From Candidatus Gastranaerophilales bacterium (lineage in GTDB: Bacteria; Cyanobacteriota; Vampirovibrionia; Gastranaerophilales; Gastranaerophilaceae), in contig CALUXV010000004.1 in assembly GCA_944324835.1 (NCBI GenBank), positions 763 to 64,762 of the forward strand: a stretch of 64,000 bases of DNA, written 5' to 3'. A program made the translations under genes and the position numbers. Shown in pieces: positions 38,909-47,974 of the stretch (within the stretch, counting starts at the first letter, position 1; each line of letters starts with the position of its first letter). The notes under the pieces are model-generated. The model ran no database searches. It saw only the letters and a list, made by a program, of their open reading frames with translations, and was not told the DNA's origin.

Positions 38909-39776
38909 AAGAGTTTTATTAACAGGTGCTACAGGACTTATAGGTAAAGAAATTATACAACCTTTGAAAGAACTCGGATATGAAATATCCGCACTCACGA
39001 TTGACGAAAATTATCCGGATAACGGAATAAATTGGATAAAATGCAACCTGTTCAATGAAGAAGCAATAAAACAATCAATAGAACAAGTTAAACCAACACA
39101 TCTTTTAAATTTTGCCTGGACAACAACCGGAGATTATTTGACATCAGATATTAATCTTGAATTTGTTAAAGCAGGATTAAATCTTCTTAAATATTTCAAG
39201 CTAAACGGTGGAAAACGTGCAATATATGTCGGAACATGTTTTGAATATAAATTTAAAGACGAAAAATTGAAAGAAAATGACCCGATTAATCCGCAAACAC
39301 TTTATGCGAAATCAAAAAATGCACTCCATGAACTTGCTGAAGAATACTGCAAAATTAACGATATATCTTTTGGTTATGGAAGAATCTTTTATGTATATGG
39401 ACATGGTGAAAACGAAAAACGATTAACAGCACATCTTATAAAATCTCTATCAGAAAACAAAGAAGTAATTATAAACTGCGGAAGCCTTATAAAAGATTAT
39501 ATGTACACAAAAGATATTGCAGGTGCATTTGCAGCATTATTAGACAACAATGTAGAAGGAACTGTCAATATTTGTACCAGTAAAGGAATATCACTAAGAG
39601 ATTATTCTACATATATTGCAGAAAAACTCGGGAAAACAGAATATCTAACAATAAAAGAAGAACAAAACAACCAGCCTAAATATATTGTTGGAGATAATAC
39701 AAGACTTATAAATGAAGTCGGATATAAAATACAATATTCTTTTGAAGAAGCAATAAAAGAAATTATTGAAAAATAA
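38901..39776 (+). CDS. NAD-dependent sugar epimerase/dehydratase (extended SDR)
   Basis: 291 aa. 'LLTGATGLIGKE' and the catalytic 'YAKSK'. Overlaps the HAD gene by 8 nt. Confidence 0.85.
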   Translation: MSKRVLLTGATGLIGKEIIQPLKELGYEISALTIDENYPDNGINWIKCNLFNEEAIKQSIEQVKPTHLLNFAWTTTGDYLTSDINLEFVKAGLNLLKYFKLNGGKRAIYVGTCFEYKFKDEKLKENDPINPQTLYAKSKNALHELAEEYCKINDISFGYGRIFYVYGHGENEKRLTAHLIKSLSENKEVIINCGSLIKDYMYTKDIAGAFAALLDNNVEGTVNICTSKGISLRDYSTYIAEKLGKTEYLTIKEEQNNQPKYIVGDNTRLINEVGYKIQYSFEEAIKEIIEK

Positions 39777-39806
39777 ATATAATATTTTATATTTATTTTT
39801 ATAATA

Positions 39807-39836
39807 AAGAAGAGTTCAATTGAACTCTTCTTTTTA
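39807..39836. terminator. Bidirectional intrinsic terminator
   Basis: Perfect 28-nt palindrome aaagaagagttcaa/ttgaactcttcttt with an A-run 5' and a T-run 3'. Confidence 0.85.
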
Positions 39837-40590
39837 AATCTTCTCCCCTTACTCCCAATCTTATAAAATTAGATTTTAGATTAATAATTAATAACCATTA
39901 CAATATAAAAATCTTTCAACTCTCCCCTGAGTCTTGTAGCCATCACTCCCTTCCAAGTACATGGTTATAGTATGCCAAGCTCAAAATATAATCAAGTAAA
40001 GAATTTAAGATAAAAAATTTACAAAGTCACATGCCCTTAGAAAATACTAAATTTAAAGCAAATTTACATTCTTAATGAAGCAAATTTAATTAAATTAGGT
40101 AAAAATATGGATAATTTTTTATTGACAATTTCAATTTATTGAGCGATTCAACAAAAATAGGAATTGCGAAAATCGAATATAAAAAACAACCTAATGTAAA
40201 GAAATATTATGATATATTTTTATTTGATAAAATCATATAAAATACAGATATAATAAGCTATTTACCCATATGCAAGTAATTGTTAATATTTATTTAGTAA
40301 ATTTTTATTTATATTTTTTACAAAACATGTAACCCAATAAACATGGGATTTTACATAGTATAACCATACAAAATTTATGTAAAAAAATTGTCATGTAAAC
40401 ACTTTATATTTGTTATTTTTTAGAAAATTTGCTTTAATAAGAATACGGACATCGCAAACACTATTTTAGTTTTGTATACTAAAAGTTGGGAGCTTTAGAA
40501 ATCAATTACATTATTGATAGGATGTCAAAATAGTTGATAAAATTTAAAATATAATTAGAAAATGCAGTTAGTATTTCGGAGGGCATAGTT

Positions 40591-41124
40591 GTGTTAGAAC
40601 ACGGTTATATTCAAATATATACAGGAGATGGAAAAGGGAAAACAACAGCATCTTTAGGACTAGCACTTCGTGCCTTGGGACATGGTTGGAAAGTATTAAT
40701 TATCCAATTTACAAAGGGAGATTGCGGAACCTCATACGGTGAAATTGTTTCTTCATCTAAGTTTTTACCAAATTTGGATGTTGTTCAATTTGGGATGGAC
40801 AGAGTAGTTTATTCACACAATATTTGTATGGAAGATTATAAAGAAGCAAAAAAAGGTTGGGAATACGCAAAAGAAGCAATTTCAAGCGGAAAATATCAAT
40901 TGATTATTCTTGATGAAATCAATATTTGCGTATCAATGGGTATGATAAAGGTTTCAGATGTTAAGGATGTATTATTGAAAAAGCCTGAAAATCTTGAAAT
41001 AGTTTTGACAGGAAGATATGCACATCCTGAATTACAAGCCCTGGCTCATCTTGTTACCGAGATGAAACCAATTAAACACTATTTTGATATAGGAGTTATG
41101 GCAAGACAGGGTATTGAATACTAA
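40591..41124 (+). CDS. cobO: Cob(I)yrinic acid a,c-diamide adenosyltransferase (CobO/BtuR type)
   Basis: 177 aa. 'IYTGDGKGKTTASLGLALRALGHG' and 'ILDEI'. GTG start with SD GGAGGG. Confidence 0.88.
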   Translation: MLEHGYIQIYTGDGKGKTTASLGLALRALGHGWKVLIIQFTKGDCGTSYGEIVSSSKFLPNLDVVQFGMDRVVYSHNICMEDYKEAKKGWEYAKEAISSGKYQLIILDEINICVSMGMIKVSDVKDVLLKKPENLEIVLTGRYAHPELQALAHLVTEMKPIKHYFDIGVMARQGIEY

Positions 41125-41159
41125 ATTTTAATTGAAGAGAGATGATTATTAATTAATAG

Positions 41160-41182
41160 CGAGCCATTGGCTCGTTTTTTTT
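41160..41182 (+). terminator. Intrinsic terminator of cobO
   Basis: Stem cgagcc / ggctcg followed by T8. Confidence 0.7.
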
Positions 41183-41217
41183 GATGATTGATTTTAATAA
41201 TCTAAAATGCTACTATT

Positions 41218-41880
41218 TTGGATATGGCAAACGATTTAATCAATGACAAGTCCGATGTAAAATTTGCAAAGCTTCTTTTTAATAAAGGAACAGATGATGC
41301 TTTGAGTTTTAACTGTCTTATAAAAAATATTGAAAAAGAGTATGTGAATTTCGTGGGAATGTCTGATTATTCCGATCAGGTATCAATAGGTGCCCCGATT
41401 GATATAAGAATATATTCAACAAATGGGGTCGTTGCAGCAGAAGCAACATTGTTAAATATGTTTAAAATAGGAAGAACACCGGTTTATACAACAACCTATC
41501 CTTCACCTTATGAACATACGCAAAAAAGAGCATACTATAGGGCTGATATGCATTTACCTATAACATTACTTATTGTTTTGCCAAATGGTTCTACAAAACA
41601 AATTAATGCAACGACAAAAAATATTTCGGGAAGAGGAATGTGTTTCATATCACTTGATCCTATATTCCCTGATTATTTTTCAATAACAATAAATATAAAA
41701 TTTAAAGATAGATTTGTTGTTACAACAGCAGACCATATTTATACAAATCCTGTAAAATATAAAGACTCTATCCTTTATATTCATGCTTTTAAATTTACTG
41801 GTATAGACCCTGAAGATATTAATTTTATTGTGAAAGAGTGTTTTTTATATCAGATTGCAAAGAAAAAACAATCTCAATAA
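41218..41880 (+). CDS. PilZ-domain protein (putative c-di-GMP receptor)
   Basis: 220 aa. RxxxR motif 'RAYYR' and [DN]xSxxG motif 'NISGRG' about 25 aa apart. The start is uncertain (TTG 41218 or ATG 41224, no clear SD). Confidence 0.65.
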   Translation: MDMANDLINDKSDVKFAKLLFNKGTDDALSFNCLIKNIEKEYVNFVGMSDYSDQVSIGAPIDIRIYSTNGVVAAEATLLNMFKIGRTPVYTTTYPSPYEHTQKRAYYRADMHLPITLLIVLPNGSTKQINATTKNISGRGMCFISLDPIFPDYFSITINIKFKDRFVVTTADHIYTNPVKYKDSILYIHAFKFTGIDPEDINFIVKECFLYQIAKKKQSQ

Positions 41881-41952
41881 ATAGCAAAATAAAATTTTGA
41901 CTTTATAAAAAAAATAACTAAAATATATAATGTAGATAGTGAAGGTTAATTT

Positions 41953-42213
41953 ATGAAAATGTTAGAGAGATTAAAAGACTTGGAGCATCAATATGTGTTC
42001 CTCCGTTGGGTTACTGGAAATGAATACGGAAAAATTGACTATGTAGGTGAAGATTTTATCGAATTTAGTATCATTGATGTTGATACTATGGAATACAGAG
42101 AAACAATTCTTCTCAATTCCCAGTTAGTTCTTGAAATAACATTTGGCGGCGCAGATGTTGCAAGAATTATTGCCGAAATATCTTCTCAACTTCCATCAAT
42201 AGGTGAAGGTTAA
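41953..42213 (+). CDS. Hypothetical small protein (86 aa), possibly an Sm-like beta-barrel
   Basis: ORF with an SD-like GAAGG and a long terminator hairpin immediately after the stop. The fold guess is by eye only. Confidence 0.5.
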   Translation: MKMLERLKDLEHQYVFLRWVTGNEYGKIDYVGEDFIEFSIIDVDTMEYRETILLNSQLVLEITFGGADVARIIAEISSQLPSIGEG

Positions 42214-42214
42214 A

Positions 42215-42260
42215 TACTTAAAAGTATCTTAAAAAAGATACTTTTAAGTACAAGATTTTT
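42215..42260 (+). terminator. Intrinsic terminator (AT-rich 15-bp stem)
   Basis: tacttaaaagtatct / agatacttttaagta (42215-42229 / 42236-42250); T-run at 42256-42260. Confidence 0.55.
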
Positions 42261-42427
42261 CCTATATTTAAATTCAATTCCCACATTAAAATATCATCTA
42301 TATTTATTTTTTCTTTTATAAAAAGTATATGCTATATGGAGCCGGCACAATTAAGTATTCAGAAATAAAATTAATAGCGCAGGCATTAAATTATGAATTA
42401 GTAATTTAAAGAAAAAGAATAAATTTC

Positions 42428-42436
42428 TGTTATAAT
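42428..42436 (+). promoter_or_regulatory. Extended -10 promoter (TGTTATAAT) placed to give a leaderless mRNA for the receiver gene
   Basis: TGn-TATAAT at 42428-42436. The ATG at 42443 begins 7 nt after the hexamer, and no SD lies between. Confidence 0.45.
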
Positions 42437-42442
42437 TAACAT

Positions 42443-42832
42443 ATGAAAATTTTAGTTGTAGATGACATGCTTTCATGGAGAGAGTTTCATAAAACTGCGC
42501 TTGAAGAATTATTTATAGAAAATGGCTGTACAATTGATATGGCTGATTCTGCCAGAGCCGGACTTGATAAATTATACGAAAATACATCTGCACCGTACGA
42601 TTTGATTATAACAGATTTGCAGATGGAAGATGATTTTAGGCCGCAATATGCAGGAGAATGGCTGGTTGAACAAATAAAAAATCTTCCGTCATACAGAAAA
42701 TCCAGAATTGTGATATCTTCGGGAACATATAATATCAAACATATTGCAGAAAATTTAAATGTTGAATGTATTCCCAAACGAATTGCCTGCACCGATAGAG
42801 AAAAATATGAGGAGGTAATGCTTGGAAGATAA
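42443..42832 (+). CDS. Stand-alone response-regulator receiver domain (CheY-like)
   Basis: 129 aa. 'KILVVDD' and the phospho-acceptor context 'LIITDLQM'. Confidence 0.8.
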   Translation: MKILVVDDMLSWREFHKTALEELFIENGCTIDMADSARAGLDKLYENTSAPYDLIITDLQMEDDFRPQYAGEWLVEQIKNLPSYRKSRIVISSGTYNIKHIAENLNVECIPKRIACTDREKYEEVMLGR

Positions 42833-43943
42833 AGAGCCTAAAAAAGTTATAGGTCTTATGTCCGGTACTTCTTGTGACTCAATTGATGCCGGATTGTGTA
42901 TTGTAAACCCTGATTTATCCTGCGAACTTATTCAAGGTATAAATTACAAATATCCGCCGCATATTCAATCAAAAATTTTTCAAGCATTTAACCAAGACAT
43001 AACGCTAAAAGAACTTTGTCAGTTAAACTTTGCAATTGGTGAATGTTTTGCAAATGCAGCAAATATTTTGATAGAAGAGCATGGCAAACCTGATATAATA
43101 GCAAGTCATGGTCAAACGGTATATCATTTCCCTTATGATGAAAAAATAGATGATATCAACCTGAAGAGCACGTTGCAGATTGGAGATAGTTCAGTTATTG
43201 CCGCTAAAACAGGCTGTTTAACAATTTCGAATTTTCGAGAAGCAGATATTGCACACGGTGGACAAGGTGCACCTTTGGTATGTTTTGCAGATAGACAGTG
43301 GTTTAGAAACGCAGCCGTCCAAAATATTGGTGGAATTTCAAATGTAACAGTAGTATCAGATGATTGTCTGCCATTCGGGTTTGATACAGGATGCGGGAAT
43401 ATTATGTTAGATTATTGTGTTCAAAAGTTTTTTAATCAGCCTTATGATAAAGACGGAGAAATTGCACAAAGCGGCATAATATCAGAAAGCTGGCTTAATT
43501 GTTTACTGGAAGATGAATATTATTTTATTCAACCTCCTAAAACTACGGGACGAGAATATTTTTCACCTAAATATGTTGAAAATATTCTAAAATTTGCACC
43601 TTCTGATCCTAAAAATATTATTGCAACGCTTACAGCATTAACAGCGAAAACCATCGCACAGGCGTATGAAAGATTTGTTTATCCGAATGCACATATCAAT
43701 GAAGTAATCATTGGCGGCGGCGGTGCATATAACAAATATATGATGAAGCTTTTGAGAGGGTATTTGCCAAAACATATCGAATTAAAAACACATGAAGATT
43801 ATGGAATTTCTAATAATTTTAAAGAAGTCATGGCATTTTCACTTTTAGGTTACTGTAATTATTATCGTATTCCGAATAATGTACCTTCATGTACAGGCGC
43901 AGATAAGGCTGTAGTTCTTGGTAAAATTTCTTATCCAAATTAA
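42822..43943 (+). CDS. anmK: Anhydro-N-acetylmuramic acid kinase
   Basis: 373 aa. 'GLMSGTSCDSIDA' and 'DIAHGGQGAPLV'. The TTG start overlaps the receiver gene by 11 nt. Confidence 0.88.
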   Translation: MEDKEPKKVIGLMSGTSCDSIDAGLCIVNPDLSCELIQGINYKYPPHIQSKIFQAFNQDITLKELCQLNFAIGECFANAANILIEEHGKPDIIASHGQTVYHFPYDEKIDDINLKSTLQIGDSSVIAAKTGCLTISNFREADIAHGGQGAPLVCFADRQWFRNAAVQNIGGISNVTVVSDDCLPFGFDTGCGNIMLDYCVQKFFNQPYDKDGEIAQSGIISESWLNCLLEDEYYFIQPPKTTGREYFSPKYVENILKFAPSDPKNIIATLTALTAKTIAQAYERFVYPNAHINEVIIGGGGAYNKYMMKLLRGYLPKHIELKTHEDYGISNNFKEVMAFSLLGYCNYYRIPNNVPSCTGADKAVVLGKISYPN

Positions 43944-43970
43944 TTTATAAAAATATCACTTAACAATCCC

Positions 43971-43999
43971 TTGACGAATTTGAAATAAAATTGCATAAT
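43971..43999 (+). promoter_or_regulatory. Sigma-70-like promoter upstream of the SLH-domain gene
   Basis: TTGACG (43971-43976), 17-nt spacer, CATAAT (43994-43999) with TG immediately upstream. Confidence 0.45.
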
Positions 44000-44048
44000 A
44001 AATTACTTTCAAAATTTGAAAGCGGAATTAAATAGTTAGGAGAGAATT

Positions 44049-45458
44049 ATGAAAAAAATTAACCAATTACTGACAACAGCAATTGTATTGTGCACGTTAT
44101 CTTCAAGCGCATTTGCACATTGTTGTGCCAAAAAGGTTGAAACTTATGCACATCCCGGCATGTTTGGTTCACAAGCACAAGAATTAACAACAGCGGATTC
44201 TACCTATATTACAGGCGGTAAAATCTTAAAAACGCATAACCGTATCGGTATTGCAAACAAAGATAATGCTTATGTTAATTCCTGGGTAAAAGACATGATG
44301 GGATTATTAAAAGCAAAAGAAGGAAAAGGTTTTAATTCGAAAATGCCTGTTCTGCGTTCTGAACTTGCAGTAATTTTATCCGAAGGATTCAATTTAAAGG
44401 ATACAAAAGTAAGAAAAACTTACAATGATATTCCTCAAAATTACTGGGCTGAAGATTGGATTACAGGAGCGCTGAATGCAGGAGTTATGATTGGTTATCC
44501 GGATAAAAAATTCCGTCCTGACCAACCAGTAACAAAAGCAGAAGTATTCGCTACATTAGCACAATTAATGAGTGTTCCAACCGATAGAAGTCTTATCGTA
44601 CCTGAATTCAAAGACAAAGATATCAAATATATCCCGAGATGGGCAATAGCACCGACTAAAGAAGTTGTAAAATCAAATATTATGGAAGATATCCCAAATC
44701 CTGACAGAGTAAATAACGATGAATATTTATCAAAAGAACAAGTTGCGTACCTTGTTGGTTCTATGAAACAACATTGGAACGAAATAAACGGCAAAGCGGG
44801 ATTACTAAAAAATTATTGTCCGACAGCATTTAATATCAAACTTACTGACAGACTTTCAGCAAGACAATCAAATATCGGGGATAAATTCCGTGCAAAAACA
44901 ACTCAATCAGTAACACTTGACGGATACACTTTCCCTGAAGGTTCTCTTGTAAGAGGCGAAGTAGTAGGCGTTGAAAGACCTGGTATCAAAAAACCCGGCT
45001 CAATAAAAGTTAAATTTACTGAAATCAAAGATGGTTCAGTATGTAAAAAATTCCCTGAAAAACTTACTCAAGCACAAGCAACTACAATGAAAAATCCTAA
45101 TATTATTGCAAGATTGTTAGGATTTCCGTTCAGCGGTACAGCTAGAATAGTAGGTGTTGCCGGCAGAACAGTTGGTTCAGGTGTAAATGTTGTTGCAGAC
45201 GGTACAGAACAATTTGTTGATAATTTCTCAAATGTATTTGTTGATTTAGCATCACTACAACCGATGTCAAGCGCAAGAAATGTTGGAAATGCAGCAGTAA
45301 CATTCGGCAAAGGCGTATTTGATATTTGTAAACTCGTTGTAACCGGCACATTTGGTGTTGTTTACGAATTAACTGATGAAATTAGATACTTAATTGTTCC
45401 TCAATATTCAAATTCATCAAGTTTGAATCCTGGAGAAGAACTAACAATTATGTTCTAA
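44049..45458 (+). CDS. Secreted SLH (S-layer homology) domain protein
   Basis: 469 aa. Signal peptide, and an SLH motif 'FNDIPQNYWAEDWITGALNAGVMIGYPDKKFRPDQPVTKAEVFATLAQL'. The C-terminal ~200 aa are unassigned. Confidence 0.75.
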   Translation: MKKINQLLTTAIVLCTLSSSAFAHCCAKKVETYAHPGMFGSQAQELTTADSTYITGGKILKTHNRIGIANKDNAYVNSWVKDMMGLLKAKEGKGFNSKMPVLRSELAVILSEGFNLKDTKVRKTYNDIPQNYWAEDWITGALNAGVMIGYPDKKFRPDQPVTKAEVFATLAQLMSVPTDRSLIVPEFKDKDIKYIPRWAIAPTKEVVKSNIMEDIPNPDRVNNDEYLSKEQVAYLVGSMKQHWNEINGKAGLLKNYCPTAFNIKLTDRLSARQSNIGDKFRAKTTQSVTLDGYTFPEGSLVRGEVVGVERPGIKKPGSIKVKFTEIKDGSVCKKFPEKLTQAQATTMKNPNIIARLLGFPFSGTARIVGVAGRTVGSGVNVVADGTEQFVDNFSNVFVDLASLQPMSSARNVGNAAVTFGKGVFDICKLVVTGTFGVVYELTDEIRYLIVPQYSNSSSLNPGEELTIMF

Positions 45459-45476
45459 TCACAGTTTAAAAATTTG

Positions 45477-45504
45477 AAGGAGGTCTAATAAGACCTCCTT
45501 TTTT
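45477..45504 (+). terminator. Intrinsic terminator
   Basis: 10-bp stem aaggaggtct / agacctcctt with a 4-nt loop and a T-run. Confidence 0.85.
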
Positions 45505-45565
45505 CATGCAGTGTTTATCCTTTCTATTCATTAATATTTTTTTTTATTTATAGTAAAATTATTTT

Positions 45566-46708
45566 ATGGATAGAAAAGAATTTTTAAATGTTAAAAGAAT
45601 TGTCATTAAACTTGGGACAAATGTTTTAAGAAATGAAGACGGCGATGTTGCATTACCGAGAATTTACTCTTATATCGAAGATATTTCAAAACTGGTAAAA
45701 GCAGGAAAAGAAGTAATTCTTGTAACATCCGGAGCTGTAGGTTTAGGTAAAAAGAAAATTGGTCTTTCAAATACCGATGGTGTTGCCCTTAAACAAGCCT
45801 GTGCCGCTATCGGTCAAAGCCGTTTAATGTCTTTATATGAAGAAGGTTTTGATACGTATAACGTTGTTGCCGCACAAATACTTTTGACAGAAGATGATTT
45901 TTCTCAAAGAAAAAAATATTTGAGTCTTAGAACAACATTAAACAGATTGTTAGAAATGAAAGCCGTTCCGATTATCAACCAGAATGATACCGTATCAGTC
46001 ATAGATTTTGATGATGCGTTTAATACAATGCAGGTTTGTTTTGCGGATAATGATAAACTTTCTGCCCTTGTTGCAAGTGAACTTGATGCAGATTTGTTAT
46101 TAATACTATCTGATGTTGATGGTTTATATGATTCTAACCCTAAAACAAATCCTGATGCAAAAATGATAAGAGAAGTTGTTGGAGTAACAGATGAGATACG
46201 AGCTTTAGGTACAGATGCTTCAGAAGGCGGCAGAGGCGGTATGAGAACCAAACTTGAAGCAGCAAGACTTGTTACTCGTTTCGGCGGTAAAGCATTAATT
46301 GCAAACGGCAAAATACCTTATGTAATTAATGAAATCTTCAATTACAAAGATATCGGCACAATGTTTGTACCAAATAACGAAAATCTATCTGAAAAAAAAC
46401 GATGGATTGGTTATGCAACAAATATTGTCGGAAAGCTTGTTGTTAATAAAGGTGCAAAAGAGGCAATATTAAACAAAGAATCAAGCTTGCTGCCGATAGG
46501 TGTAATTGGTGTTGTAAATGATTTCAAACGAGGTGAAGTTATATCTATTCACGATGAAGACGATGTAGAATTTGCACGCGGCATTGTAAACTACAATTCA
46601 GATGATTGCAGACGTATAATCGGAAACCATTCAAATGAAATCCTAAAAGTTTTAGGATTTAAAAATTATGATGCAATTATAACAAGAGATAATATAACTA
46701 TTCTTTAG
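45566..46708 (+). CDS. proB: Glutamate 5-kinase (with PUA domain)
   Basis: 380 aa. 'RIVIKLGTNVL', 'VTSGAVGLG', 'DNDKLSALVA'. Confidence 0.93.
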   Translation: MDRKEFLNVKRIVIKLGTNVLRNEDGDVALPRIYSYIEDISKLVKAGKEVILVTSGAVGLGKKKIGLSNTDGVALKQACAAIGQSRLMSLYEEGFDTYNVVAAQILLTEDDFSQRKKYLSLRTTLNRLLEMKAVPIINQNDTVSVIDFDDAFNTMQVCFADNDKLSALVASELDADLLLILSDVDGLYDSNPKTNPDAKMIREVVGVTDEIRALGTDASEGGRGGMRTKLEAARLVTRFGGKALIANGKIPYVINEIFNYKDIGTMFVPNNENLSEKKRWIGYATNIVGKLVVNKGAKEAILNKESSLLPIGVIGVVNDFKRGEVISIHDEDDVEFARGIVNYNSDDCRRIIGNHSNEILKVLGFKNYDAIITRDNITIL

Positions 46709-46717
46709 AGGTGTATT

Positions 46718-47974
46718 TTGAACAAAGAGTTTTTAGAGATTGCAATGAACGCTAAAAAAGCGTCTATTAAAGCACAAAAATTATCTAACGATATTAAAAA
46801 TCAAGCATTAAAAACAATTGCTGAATCACTTGAAAAACATAAAACAGAAGTTTTTGAAGCTAATAATCAAGATATGCAGGAAGCCAAAAGATTATTAGAA
46901 TCCGGGGAAATTTCCCAAGCTATTTATAATCGATTGAAACTTGATGAAAATAAAATGCGTGATATGATTCAAGGATTGATTGATATATCAAAACTTCCGG
47001 ATCCTGTAAATAAAAAACTTTTAGAACGGGAACTGGATAACGGCTTAATACTTACAAAAGTATCTTGTCCTATAGGTGTTTTGGGAATAATTTTTGAAGC
47101 AAGACCGGATGTTATATCTCAAATATCAGCTCTTGCAATTAAATCTTCTAATGCAGTTATTCTAAAAGGCGGTAAAGAATCTGTTAATACGAATAAAACA
47201 ATTCTCGGAATAATTAATTCCGCACTGGAAACTATTGAAGGTTTTCCTAAAAATATGCTTAATCAGGTATTTTCCAGAGATGATGTTAAAGAAATGCTTG
47301 AGGCTGATAAGTATATTGATTTGATTATCCCGAGAGGCGGGAACTCTCTTGTTCAATTTATAAAATCAAACACAAAAATTCCTGTACTGGGACATGCAGA
47401 CGGTATCTGCCATATTTTTGTAGATGAATCGGCTGATTTTGATATGGCAAAAAAGGTTATAATAGATGCCAAAACCCAATACCCGAGCGCCTGCAATTCG
47501 GTTGAAACACTCCTTATAAGTGATAAATTTCCAAAATCAAATGAATTGTTATCAGAACTTGAACATGCCGGTATTAAACTAATTTCAAATCCTGAAAGCT
47601 GGCACAAAGAATATTCAGATAAAATTCTTGCATATAAGTATGTACCATCAGTAGACGAAGCAATAGAACATATTAATGAATACGCTTCCGGTCATACAGA
47701 ATCTATTATTACATCAAACAAAGAAAACGCAGAACTTTTTATGGACATGGTTGATTCAGCAGGAGTTTATCATAATGCATCAACAAGATTTGCCGATGGT
47801 TTTAGATATGGTTTTGGAGCAGAAGTTGGGATTTCTACAAACAAAACACATGCCAGAGGCCCTGTCGGAATGGACGGATTAGTTATTTATAAATATAAAC
47901 TAAGAGGCTCAGGTGATACTGTTATTGAATATGTAAAAGGTGAAAAGCATTTTACGCATAAGGATTTGTTATGA
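46718..47974 (+). CDS. proA: Gamma-glutamyl phosphate reductase
   Basis: 418 aa. 'IIPRGG', 'GHADGICHIFVD', 'CNSVETLLI', 'HNASTRFADG'. Confidence 0.93.
   Translation: MNKEFLEIAMNAKKASIKAQKLSNDIKNQALKTIAESLEKHKTEVFEANNQDMQEAKRLLESGEISQAIYNRLKLDENKMRDMIQGLIDISKLPDPVNKKLLERELDNGLILTKVSCPIGVLGIIFEARPDVISQISALAIKSSNAVILKGGKESVNTNKTILGIINSALETIEGFPKNMLNQVFSRDDVKEMLEADKYIDLIIPRGGNSLVQFIKSNTKIPVLGHADGICHIFVDESADFDMAKKVIIDAKTQYPSACNSVETLLISDKFPKSNELLSELEHAGIKLISNPESWHKEYSDKILAYKYVPSVDEAIEHINEYASGHTESIITSNKENAELFMDMVDSAGVYHNASTRFADGFRYGFGAEVGISTNKTHARGPVGMDGLVIYKYKLRGSGDTVIEYVKGEKHFTHKDLL

Noticed and set aside
40440-40590. Cobalamin riboswitch upstream of cobO
   Set aside because: There is no B12 box (GCCACTG) or other conserved core, and the region is far more AT-rich than known cobalamin aptamers.
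45904-46311. Long antisense ORFs inside proB (45904-46311), the fliK-like gene (58243-58728), grpE (24812-25252), flgN (16604-16963), the beta-propeller gene (23156-23515) and the TPR gene (19591-19986, 19629-19958)
   Set aside because: All lie wholly inside well-supported genes on the other strand, lack SD sequences and have low-complexity antisense-type composition.
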